NCBI RefSeq assembly: GCF_000011325.1
Contig: NC_003450.3
Span: 2,640,001 to 2,672,000, forward strand
Source of the DNA: Corynebacterium glutamicum ATCC 13032
GTDB taxonomy: Bacteria; Actinomycetota; Actinomycetes; Mycobacteriales; Mycobacteriaceae
DNA: 32,000 nt
Direction: 5' to 3'
The notes beneath the pieces were generated by a model. That model searched no databases and was not told the origin of the DNA. It saw only the letters and a program-made list of their open reading frames with translations. Shown piece by piece: positions 17,734 through 25,860 of this stretch (position 1 is the stretch's first letter; the number at the start of each line of letters is the position of its first letter). The position numbers and the translations under genes were made by a program.

Positions 17734-18501
17734 CTAAAACTCGATAACCATTCCTGATCGTGCCAATTCGATAGGACCATCAAAGTGTTCCGCAGCTGCT
17801 GCCACTGTGGCCTCTGCATCAATCCATGGTGGAACATGAGTGATAATCAGTTTCTTTACGCCAGCTGCTGCCGCAATTCTTCCGGCGTCTTGGCCACACA
17901 TATGCATTCCTGGTGCTTTGTCATCGCAAGAGGTGCCCCAAGTTGCCTCGCACAAGAAAATGTCAACGTTGCGGGCGGCGTCGATAAGCGCTTCGGTGTA
18001 CGCGCTGTCACCGGAATACGTAATTGAGGCGCCGGTGCGGTGCTCCTCTACGCGAAGCGCGTAGGTCTCAATGGGGTGCACAACGCGGAACGGCGTGACC
18101 GTGAAATTATCAATGAGCTCTGGCTTGCGCTCTTCCCAGGCGTCGAAAGCAAAAGTATCTGACATATCGTCAACGCCATCAGGCTCATCGGAGCTCAAAC
18201 GACCAAGCCTGTTGGGGGTATCTTCAGGTCCAAACAAAAGATTGCGGCTCTTGGCGGCCAGCGTTGGGTGGAACCTGCGCCACACCATCAAGGACGCAAA
18301 ATCAGCGCAGTGATCGGTGTGCAAATGGGAGAAAATAACATGCGCATCAGCAGGATCTTGAATTTCTTGAACTGCTGCAAGGACACCTGGGCCCATGTCC
18401 ATAATCACGGCAGGGGCGTCCGGAGAAGTTAACAGATATCCGGATGCGGGGTTACCTGGAGCGGGCACGCTACCAGAGCTTCCAAGGATGGTCAGTCTCA
18501 T
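17734..18501 (-). CDS. cpdA: MBL-fold metallo-hydrolase, cAMP phosphodiesterase-like (Rv1339/CpdA type)
   Basis: 255 aa with the HxHxDH motif (FSHLHTDHCADF). It lies between murI and rph, as does mycobacterial Rv1339. The C. glutamicum orthologue was described as the cAMP phosphodiesterase CpdA (from memory). Confidence 0.8.
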   Translation of the reverse strand: MRLTILGSSGSVPAPGNPASGYLLTSPDAPAVIMDMGPGVLAAVQEIQDPADAHVIFSHLHTDHCADFASLMVWRRFHPTLAAKSRNLLFGPEDTPNRLGRLSSDEPDGVDDMSDTFAFDAWEERKPELIDNFTVTPFRVVHPIETYALRVEEHRTGASITYSGDSAYTEALIDAARNVDIFLCEATWGTSCDDKAPGMHMCGQDAGRIAAAAGVKKLIITHVPPWIDAEATVAAAAEHFDGPIELARSGMVIEF

Positions 18502-18603
18502 AAGGATACTGTGCCATGCAATTGAAGTTCGCGTGAACTTTTAGGCCAAAATGTGAATTTCTAACTACCCCTTCCCTTTCAGAGGTAGAACACACACCTG
18601 GGG

Positions 18604-19458
18604 TTATCCCTCGTTTTGTCTCACTTGGGAAACAATTGGTCCAAGGAATCGGCGGCTTAATTGCGCAAAGATTTCCGGATCGCCTGTTGATTCAAAGCTA
18701 TAACTTGGCTCAGGATGCATGTCCGGATCGGCTAAAAGATCTTGCTGGCTCAAAATTCTCAGCACGTCTTTCGCAGTTTCTTCCGCGCTAGAGACCAAAC
18801 TTACGTGGTCCCCCATTGCCAACTGAATGACACCGGAAAGCAGTGGATAGTGGGTGCATCCAAGCACGAGGGTGTCCACCCCTTCTGCTTGCAAAGGCTC
18901 TAAATAATCCTGCGCAATGTTGAGGATCTGCCTGCCGCTGGTAATTCCGCGTTCCACGAAATCCACAAACCGTGGGCATGCCACTGCGTTGACCACAATG
19001 GAGGGGCTTGCAGAGAAAAGATCCTGGTACGCACCGGAGTTAATGGTTCCCACTGTGCCGATCACGCCCACTTTGCCATTGCGGGTGGATGCCACCGCAC
19101 GCCTTACTGCGGGAAGAATAACTTCCACGACTGGCACACTGTATCGTTCACGGGCATCTCGGAGAAACGCAGCGGACGCAGTGTTGCAGGCAATGACAAT
19201 CATCTTGCATCCGCGTTCCACCAACTCATCGGCAATGCGGATGGCGTGCTCACGGACCTTAGCGATAGGCAACGGACCATAAGGGCCATTGGCAGTATCA
19301 CCGATATAAATAACTGATTCATGTGGCAATTGATCGATGATTGTGCGAGCTACGGTTAATCCGCCAACTCCAGAATCAAAAATTCCAATCGGCGCATCAG
19401 CACCTGGCACGGGGCGTTCAATCATAGATCCACTGAAATCAGTCACGGTTGCCATCAT
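18604..19458 (-). CDS. murI: Glutamate racemase
   Basis: Motifs [22 protein letters not shown] and LGCTHYPLL are present. The start is set at ATG 19458 (GAGGTGG RBS 4 nt upstream, 284 aa). The track ORF extends to 19566. Confidence 0.92.
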   Translation of the reverse strand: MMATVTDFSGSMIERPVPGADAPIGIFDSGVGGLTVARTIIDQLPHESVIYIGDTANGPYGPLPIAKVREHAIRIADELVERGCKMIVIACNTASAAFLRDARERYSVPVVEVILPAVRRAVASTRNGKVGVIGTVGTINSGAYQDLFSASPSIVVNAVACPRFVDFVERGITSGRQILNIAQDYLEPLQAEGVDTLVLGCTHYPLLSGVIQLAMGDHVSLVSSAEETAKDVLRILSQQDLLADPDMHPEPSYSFESTGDPEIFAQLSRRFLGPIVSQVRQNEG

Positions 19459-19496
19459 AAGCCACCTCGCGTTGCTTCCCTTTTTATCCGTCCAAG

Positions 19497-20135
19497 ATGT
19501 GTCACAATATGGCAATGGCTGATTCACCCGATCAAGAAACCAGACGATTCGCTGCGGTGCGAGCAACCTCGGAGACCATTGGCTCTCCTACAGCTGTGGC
19601 ATCCGCGAAACGTTCACCCAAAGGCAGTCTCATTGGGTTGATCTTGATCTTGGTGGCCATCATCGTGATTGCGTTTGTCTTGTTGTTCAACAGCCTCGTT
19701 GCACCAAATAATTCCTCGAGCCCTGTGGCAAGTCCAAGCACCTCTGAATCTGTGGAGCAAACTATTTCGGAATCCCCTGAGTCACCGAGCGCGACAGAGG
19801 ATCAGCCCCCAAGCAGTGCAACGGAAACTCCCCGAAACCGCCCTGCGCAACCATCACTTCCTGCGGGAGCATCACCAGCCAATGATGCTGCTGCCACCCA
19901 GACCGATGCCGGCAATTTAAACAATGTGTACACCGGGTCAGCGTCCACCTCAGCAGGTTTTGCTCAAGCCGTCCGAGATGCTTTTGTAAACCACTATTTA
20001 GACACCAATGAACTATCCGGCAGGGTGACAGCCACCAGCCCTGTCACTGGCGGAAACTACACCATGAACTGCGAAGACAACGGCGAGTACGTCACCTGCA
20101 CAGGTGGCAACAACGCCGTTGTCTACATTTCTTAA
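19497..20135 (+). CDS. Membrane-anchored protein with Ser/Pro-rich linker and small Cys-containing C-terminal domain
   Basis: One TM helix ([20 protein letters not shown]), then a low-complexity S/P/A/T region, then …[25 protein letters not shown]. The start is ambiguous (ATG 19497, 19509 or 19515). It is divergent from murI with only ~40-55 bp between the starts. Confidence 0.6.
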   Translation: MCHNMAMADSPDQETRRFAAVRATSETIGSPTAVASAKRSPKGSLIGLILILVAIIVIAFVLLFNSLVAPNNSSSPVASPSTSESVEQTISESPESPSATEDQPPSSATETPRNRPAQPSLPAGASPANDAAATQTDAGNLNNVYTGSASTSAGFAQAVRDAFVNHYLDTNELSGRVTATSPVTGGNYTMNCEDNGEYVTCTGGNNAVVYIS

Positions 20136-20144
20136 AACTTCTAA

Positions 20145-20639
20145 CTACACCCGGGGCAGCCTGTTGGACATATCGAGTCGGTTCACAATCTTCTTCATTG
20201 CGGTGCCCATTACCTTGAGTTCTTCTGGAGTGAGATCGTCAAACACCAAACGACGCACTTCCTTCACATGACCAGGGGCTGTTGCTTTAACTTTCTCCCA
20301 CCCAGAGTCCGTGAGCACAGCAACGGTGGCGCGACCATCATCAGGATCGGGAACACGCTTCACCCAGCCAGCCTTTTCTAGGCGAGTAACCACTCTAGAT
20401 AGATGCGATAGCGTCATATCGGACAGCTCAGCAAGCTCACTCATGCGCACCCGATGTTCCGGGGCCATAGAAATCTGCGCCATGGTGAAGTACTCAAAGT
20501 GGCTGACACCCGCAGCTTCTTTCAGTTGAGCATCCAAGCGAGCAGGCAGGCCGATTCGCATTGTCCACACATCGAGCCACACATCTTGTTGCTCATCGGT
20601 TAGCCAAATGTCCTGGGATTCGGAATTCTCACTTGTCAT
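20145..20639 (-). CDS. MarR-family transcriptional regulator
   Basis: 164 aa with a winged HTH (MSELAELSDMTLSHLSRVVTRLEKAGWVKRVPDPDDGRATVAVLTDSG). It starts 29 nt downstream of the rhomboid gene stop. Confidence 0.88.
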   Translation of the reverse strand: MTSENSESQDIWLTDEQQDVWLDVWTMRIGLPARLDAQLKEAAGVSHFEYFTMAQISMAPEHRVRMSELAELSDMTLSHLSRVVTRLEKAGWVKRVPDPDDGRATVAVLTDSGWEKVKATAPGHVKEVRRLVFDDLTPEELKVMGTAMKKIVNRLDMSNRLPRV

Positions 20640-20668
20640 GTCAATTAAGTGTAGTCGCTAGGTGAAAA

Positions 20669-21418
20669 CTATAAGCCTCTTTGGCGTTGTTGCTTTTCTA
20701 ATTTCTTCTGTTGCTTCTTCGCTTTCAACGCTGCCGGGTCATCCGAGGCGATAAAAGCACCCGCACCGATTCCACCAAGTGCACCGAAAAGGTGGCCCTG
20801 CCAGGACACACCGATTTGAGTAGGTAGCAGACCCCAGAACAAACCGGAGTAAATGAACGCCAAAACTATGCCAAGCAGGAACTGTTTAATATCCTTGTTG
20901 AAAATTCCACGCACGATCAGGTAGCCAAGCCAGCCATAAATCAGGCCGGACGCACCGATGTGGTTGGTGCCGATTCCACCGAAAATCCATGTACCAAGAC
21001 CGCCGATGAGACCTGCGATAATCGTGACTTCCCAGAACACGCGCTTGCCACTCATACCGATGAGGAAACTGAATATAAAGCCTGGAACGGTATTTCCAAT
21101 GAGGTGGCTGAAGCTTCCATGCAACAGCGGTGAGGTGAAAATACCCCACAGTGCACTGGTATCCAGCGGATGAATACCAAAGTTGGTCAGGTTGAAGCCA
21201 GTGAGCAGCGCAATGACGATGGATGCCAAATGCACCGCCCAAATCACCACTACATAACCGATGGCGATGGTAAGACCTGTGCGCACACGGGATTTGTTTT
21301 TCAGCTGCTGATTCAGGCTGGCATCGGGCTTATTCCACGGCTTCACCGGCCCACCAGCAGGTTGGAACGCGCCAGTGGTGCTGAAATTCGTGTTGTTATA
21401 CGGGCTGTTGTAACTCAT
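20669..21418 (-). CDS. Rhomboid-family intramembrane serine protease
   Basis: Multi-TM protein with LLHGSFSHLIGN (His) and GASGLIYG (GxSG catalytic Ser) motifs. ATG 21418 overlaps the upstream gene's TGA (ATGA). The track ORF extends to 21499. Confidence 0.88.
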   Translation of the reverse strand: MSYNSPYNNTNFSTTGAFQPAGGPVKPWNKPDASLNQQLKNKSRVRTGLTIAIGYVVVIWAVHLASIVIALLTGFNLTNFGIHPLDTSALWGIFTSPLLHGSFSHLIGNTVPGFIFSFLIGMSGKRVFWEVTIIAGLIGGLGTWIFGGIGTNHIGASGLIYGWLGYLIVRGIFNKDIKQFLLGIVLAFIYSGLFWGLLPTQIGVSWQGHLFGALGGIGAGAFIASDDPAALKAKKQQKKLEKQQRQRGL

Positions 21419-22329
21419 GGTAAAAGTTCCCTGAAGCTTTTGAGCCCGAGTCCCGGACTCGCGGTAAGTATGGCGTCGATGATAGCGTCCTGTACGCAAT
21501 CTGCAGCATGAGCCGACAATTCCGCCAGCTCAACCGGGGTAACGCCACTACCATCACCCGATGACATGGCGAAAAATGTGTCACCGTCCATCGGTGAATG
21601 CGACGGCCGCACTGCCCTCGCCAAACCATCATGGGCCACCAGCGCCAAGCGCTTCGCTTGGGCTTTTGTCACCGGCGCGTCAGTTGCCACGACGCCGATG
21701 GTCGTGTTCAGCGTCTCTGCCGCGCTTTTTAGCTTATCGACGCCCACCCCCATCACTTCGGGCCTACCAAACAAAGCTCCAGTTGTTAGGTCCACGACTT
21801 CCCCAACAGGATTCGCCACGACCCCTGCCGCGATGGTGTACTTTCCGACCCGGCGCGAGCTTTGGCCAAAACCGCCACGCAGCCGACCTGCTGTAGCACC
21901 CGTTCCTGCACCGACGCTGCCCGAACCGTTGTGTGTACCAGCGAAAGCGTTTTCAACTGCTTGTTCCCCATCAGCTGCCGTGGGCCTGTTTTTGGGATCG
22001 CCCACCAACAAATCAAAAATCACAGCGCCTGGAACGATTGGCACGATAGGCCCTTCGGGACGGACAGGGAAACCAATACCGCGGTTTTCTAGGGCTGTCA
22101 TCACTCCATCGGCAGCAGCCAACCCGAACGCCGAACCGCCACACAACACCACGGCATGTGCTTGCTGCACAGAATTGTGTGGTTCTAGAAGGTCGGTTTC
22201 CCTGGTGCCTGGGCCTCCCCCACGGACATCGACGCCCGCAAATGCACCGTTAGGTGCAATGACCACTGAGCAACCCGTATCCCCCTTCGTGACGTGGCCT
22301 AAAAGGAAGCCCGCGACGTCGATAAGCAT
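21415..22329 (-). CDS. P1/S58 (DmpA-like) family peptidase
   Basis: N-terminus MLIDVAGFLLGHVT. Autoprocessing/nucleophile region LNTTIGVVATDAPVTKAQAKRLA and PMDGDTFFAMS are typical of the DmpA/BapA family. ATG 22329 overlaps the upstream TAA (TAATG). Confidence 0.82.
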   Translation of the reverse strand: MLIDVAGFLLGHVTKGDTGCSVVIAPNGAFAGVDVRGGGPGTRETDLLEPHNSVQQAHAVVLCGGSAFGLAAADGVMTALENRGIGFPVRPEGPIVPIVPGAVIFDLLVGDPKNRPTAADGEQAVENAFAGTHNGSGSVGAGTGATAGRLRGGFGQSSRRVGKYTIAAGVVANPVGEVVDLTTGALFGRPEVMGVGVDKLKSAAETLNTTIGVVATDAPVTKAQAKRLALVAHDGLARAVRPSHSPMDGDTFFAMSSGDGSGVTPVELAELSAHAADCVQDAIIDAILTASPGLGLKSFRELLP

Positions 22330-22868
22330 TAATTCATCATCGCTTCCAGCAAGGACTCTTGATTGTAGGCAAGCCACTGCACGAGGTTTTCGCGGTCTTC
22401 CTCGGCGGCTTCCCCGCCGCGTACATCACCGGAGGCAACGTACAGGCGGATGTCATTGAGCGCAGCCAACCAAGCGTGCGCTTCCTCCTCAGAGGCGGTG
22501 ACCGCAACATTTCCGTCGGGTCCCAGCGCATCGTTAATCACGCGCAGATTTTCCAGTTTTGCTCGGGTGATGTCGCCTTCATGGAGTGAACGGAGGAAAG
22601 AATTATCGCCGTCGTATTCCTCATCGCCCTCGTGCTGAAAATCAGGGAGCAAACGCGCAAGCGCCGGATCGGTTGGTGCTTCTTTGTGTCCACTTGTCAT
22701 GCCGGTCATCTCTGCCAGAGGATCCTTCGGCACAGACTGTGCACGCTGAATCAACGCCTCACTGACCGCAGCTGACAAATCACCCAACACTTCCCGCTCC
22801 ATCGGCTCAAAAACCACCGCGTAACGAGCCTGGCGCATCAGCCCTTTTTTCTTCTTCCACTGCTGCAT
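22329..22868 (-). CDS. DUF2017-family protein (ClpS-associated)
   Basis: 179-aa acidic protein immediately downstream of clpS (12-nt gap containing GGGAGA). This matches the conserved actinobacterial ClpS-DUF2017 pairing as I recall it. Confidence 0.7.
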   Translation of the reverse strand: MQQWKKKKGLMRQARYAVVFEPMEREVLGDLSAAVSEALIQRAQSVPKDPLAEMTGMTSGHKEAPTDPALARLLPDFQHEGDEEYDGDNSFLRSLHEGDITRAKLENLRVINDALGPDGNVAVTASEEEAHAWLAALNDIRLYVASGDVRGGEAAEEDRENLVQWLAYNQESLLEAMMN

Positions 22869-22880
22869 GAAAATTCTCCC

Positions 22881-23183
22881 CTACCCTGCCTGCTGCATTG
22901 TCGCCCACAGCCCTGCGGTGTGGAGTTTCTTCACATCACCCTCCACTTTGTCCTTCTCGCCAGAACTCACCACGGCTTTACCTTCGGTGTGCACCTGCAT
23001 CATCAGCTCAGTGGCCCTCTTCTTACTGAAGCCCAACACAGTCTGAAAAACGTAGGTGACATAGCTCATCAAATTGACCGGATCATCCCACACGATGCAC
23101 AACCAAGGCAGGTTTTCGCTCGACAACGTGTGCACATCAAGCTCAACATCTGGCGTGGCAAGCGGTGCAGAAGGTGACGACAT
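22881..23183 (-). CDS. clpS: ATP-dependent Clp protease adaptor ClpS
   Basis: ClpS core: [47 protein letters not shown]. The start is set at ATG 23183 (100 aa); in-frame ATG 23255 and the track start 23276 are alternatives. Confidence 0.88.
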   Translation of the reverse strand: MSSPSAPLATPDVELDVHTLSSENLPWLCIVWDDPVNLMSYVTYVFQTVLGFSKKRATELMMQVHTEGKAVVSSGEKDKVEGDVKKLHTAGLWATMQQAG

Positions 23184-23512
23184 GTTCAAGCTTGATTCCA
23201 CACTTTCCACTGCCTTCACTTCCTGCGGGTAGTGAAGTTGGTTTTGCCTATTCATGACAAATAGCCTAGTCAACAACTATGCGTTGGTGCAGAGTAGTCG
23301 CGCTATTCCAGTAGAAATTGCAAGCTTAGGTGATATGTCATCCAAATTTTTATCCCTTCACCTGCAAGAATGCTGAATCTTTAAGCACCTAACAGACATG
23401 CTTTTCACTGATCACTCTGATAGCCTTTTCTCTGAAATTGTACCGAGCATTTGATTTTGTTCCCCTATCAATGCTGGTTTTGGTGACAAAAACTCGGCGG
23501 AAGGACCACCGA

Positions 23513-24064
23513 ATGGAAACCCTTGCAGCACAAGCGCGCACCCTGCTAGAAAAATGGGGCGTCGCGCCGACGCACGCATCTTTCGTCGAATCCATTGCAA
23601 AGGCCATCCCGATTCTGTCGATCCTGCTGACGCTGATTGTCACCGTGAATGGAATTTCAAGCGGAAATCCGGTCCAGCCACCAGCACTGGAACAGGTACG
23701 GACCGATGTAGTGAACAAGATCAACTACGAACGCAACCTAAAGGGCCTCGTCTCGATCAGCCCGGAGCTTGAATTACACACGGCAGCCCAAACAATTGCG
23801 CAGCGAAATGCAGACTCAGATTCCGAAGAAAAAGTACCGGATCCAGAGGGCAACCTGGTGGTTCTGCAACAGAATCTGCCCTATGCAAATGCCAACGCCG
23901 ATACCATCGTTGATCGGTTCTTAAACTCTCCTGATCATGTCAAACTACTGCTTGCAAACGATTATGAAGCCATCGGAGTTGGTGTGGCCTACAAGGGTGA
24001 TCATGCGTGGATAGTGGTGGAGTTCACTGTAGCTCCCGCTGATTCCGTAGAATCAACAGAGTGA
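23513..24064 (+). CDS. Membrane-anchored CAP/SCP (YkwD-like) domain protein
   Basis: ATG 23513 has GGAAGGA 7 nt upstream. There is a TM helix AIPILSILLTLIVTV. The CAP pattern is INYERNLKGL…HTAAQTIAQRNA…FLNSPDHVKLLLANDYEAIGVGVAY…WIVVEF. The stop overlaps the pncB GTG (GTGA). Confidence 0.75.
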   Translation: METLAAQARTLLEKWGVAPTHASFVESIAKAIPILSILLTLIVTVNGISSGNPVQPPALEQVRTDVVNKINYERNLKGLVSISPELELHTAAQTIAQRNADSDSEEKVPDPEGNLVVLQQNLPYANANADTIVDRFLNSPDHVKLLLANDYEAIGVGVAYKGDHAWIVVEFTVAPADSVESTE

Positions 24065-25401
24065 ATACCAATCCGTCTGAATTCTCCTCAAACCGTTCAA
24101 CAGCTCTCCTTACTGATAAATATGAGCTGACCATGCTTCAAGCAGCGCTCGCTGATGGTTCTGCAGAACGCCCCTCAACGTTTGAGGTCTTTAGCCGCCG
24201 CCTCCCCAACGAGCGCCGATACGGTGTCGTCGCAGGAACAGCACGAGTGCTGAAGGCGATTCGTGACTTTGTATTCACAGAGGAACAACTCGCCGATCTT
24301 GACTTTTTAGACGACCGTACCCTGGAATACCTCCGCAACTACCGATTCACCGGCCAAGTTGATGGCTACCGCGAAGGCGAAATCTACTTCCCGCAGTCCC
24401 CTCTTCTGACTGTGCGTGGCACGTTTGCAGAATGCGTCATCCTAGAAACTGTCATTTTGTCCATCATGAATGCAGATTCTGCCGTCGCTTCCGCCGCTGC
24501 GCGCATGGTCACCGCAGCTGATGGTCGCCCCATCATCGAAATGGGATCCAGGCGCACCCACGAATACTCGGCAGTCACCGCATCCCGCGCAGCATACCTC
24601 GCTGGATTCTCCACCACCTCCAACCTCGAGGCGGCCTACCGCTACGGAATTCCAGCATCCGGAACCTCCGCCCACGCATGGACTTTGCTGCACATCAACG
24701 ATGACGGCACCCCCAACGAAGCAGCAGCTTTCAAAGCACAGGTTGAATCCCTCGGCGTGGACACCACCTTGCTGGTAGATACTTATGACATCACCCAAGG
24801 TGTGGCCACCGCCATTGAAGTTGCAGGTCCAGACCTTGGTGGCGTACGTATCGACTCCGGCGACCTAGGTGTGCTTGCCCGAAAGGTCCGCAAGCAGCTC
24901 GACGATCTCAACGCCCACAACACCAAGATTGTGGTCTCCTCCGACCTGGATGAATTCGCCATCGCGGGTCTTCGCGGCGAACCAGTTGACGTCTTTGGCG
25001 TTGGCACCTCCGTTGTCACAGGTTCTGGCGCACCAACCGCTGGCCTCGTGTACAAGATCGTGGAAGTTGCCGGTCACCCTGTGGCCAAGCGTTCCCGAAA
25101 CAAGGAAAGCTACGGTGGTGGCAAGAAGGCTGTGCGCACCCACCGCAAGTCCGGTACCGCAATCGAAGAAATCGTCTACCCATTCAATGCCGAAGCACCA
25201 GATACTGGAAAGCTCGACACTTTGAGCCTGACCATCCCATTGATGCGCGACGGTGAAATCGTTCCAGGTTTGCCTACTTTGGAAGATTCCCGAGCGTATT
25301 TGGCCAAGCAATTGGTCTCTTTACCATGGGAAGGCCTTGCACTGTCTCGCGATGAGCCTGTTTTGCACACTCGTTTCGTGGGTTTCCCGCCGGCCGCTTA
25401 G
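24061..25401 (+). CDS. pncB: Nicotinate phosphoribosyltransferase
   Basis: 446 aa. LLTDKYELTMLQAAL, GSRRTHE, SGTSAHAW and RIDSGDL motifs are characteristic of NAPRTase. Confidence 0.92.
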   Translation: MNTNPSEFSSNRSTALLTDKYELTMLQAALADGSAERPSTFEVFSRRLPNERRYGVVAGTARVLKAIRDFVFTEEQLADLDFLDDRTLEYLRNYRFTGQVDGYREGEIYFPQSPLLTVRGTFAECVILETVILSIMNADSAVASAAARMVTAADGRPIIEMGSRRTHEYSAVTASRAAYLAGFSTTSNLEAAYRYGIPASGTSAHAWTLLHINDDGTPNEAAAFKAQVESLGVDTTLLVDTYDITQGVATAIEVAGPDLGGVRIDSGDLGVLARKVRKQLDDLNAHNTKIVVSSDLDEFAIAGLRGEPVDVFGVGTSVVTGSGAPTAGLVYKIVEVAGHPVAKRSRNKESYGGGKKAVRTHRKSGTAIEEIVYPFNAEAPDTGKLDTLSLTIPLMRDGEIVPGLPTLEDSRAYLAKQLVSLPWEGLALSRDEPVLHTRFVGFPPAA

Positions 25402-25415
25402 ACAATTCGGTCTCA

Positions 25416-25543
25416 CCAAACCACAGTGCCCACGGATCGGGTTTTCCGAGTTCATGGGCATTCTGGTTTGGTTTGTCGCCCTCGAAACCGGACACAGCTG
25501 CCCATGGATCGTGTTTTCGACCTTCCTGGGCATTCTGGTTTGG
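25416..25543 (+). repeat. Two tandem copies (72-bp period) of an imperfect-palindrome hairpin element; the first is a probable pncB terminator
   Basis: Copy 1 arms ccaaaccacagtgccca 25416-25432 / tgggcattctggtttgg 25455-25471 form a 17-position stem with one mismatch and one G-U, followed by TTTGT. Copy 2 spans 25483-25543 and is weaker. The 17-mer TGGGCATTCTGGTTTGG is identical at 25455-25471 and 25527-25543. Aligned, 25427-25471 matches 25499-25543 at 38/45 positions. Confidence 0.7.
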
Positions 25544-25860
25544 CCAAGCTGAAAAACTGGCCGTGGACCCGAAAAGCTCGACTCTCTGTATCGCCGTTAG
25601 ACGTGCTGTCTTAACCCACTTCAGGGGAACGTTCCTTCGAGAAACTCAATCCCTTAAATGGGCTTCTAGAGCGTTGGGGCTATTCCAGTGGGGCTTCGTA
25701 TCAACTTGTTCGGGAGGCCACCGCAAAAAACTCAGATCACCTGGAAGTTGCCCGCCCAGAATCGTCCCCAAGCGCCTTTATCAAAGCAATCGAACCAGAC
25801 CGTAAATCGGTGTTTCGCCTGGCTTAGTCTTTCGACTCCGATCTGGTTAGACTTGGCACA

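Noticed and set aside
21566-22459. 297-aa plus-strand ORF
   Set aside because: It is antisense to the S58 peptidase and DUF2017 genes, with Pro/Ala/Ser/Thr-rich low complexity.
25481-25500. Possible LexA/SOS box upstream of dinG (TCGAA… at ctcgaaaccggacacag)
   Set aside because: Only the first half resembles the corynebacterial TCGAA(A/C)ANNTGTTCGA consensus as I recall it. The second half does not match.
25426-25614. 62-aa ORF containing an internal peptide repeat (PTDRVFRVHGHSGLV / PMDRVFDLPGHSGLA)
   Set aside because: The peptide repeat merely reflects the DNA hairpin duplication. There is no RBS and it overlaps a probable terminator.
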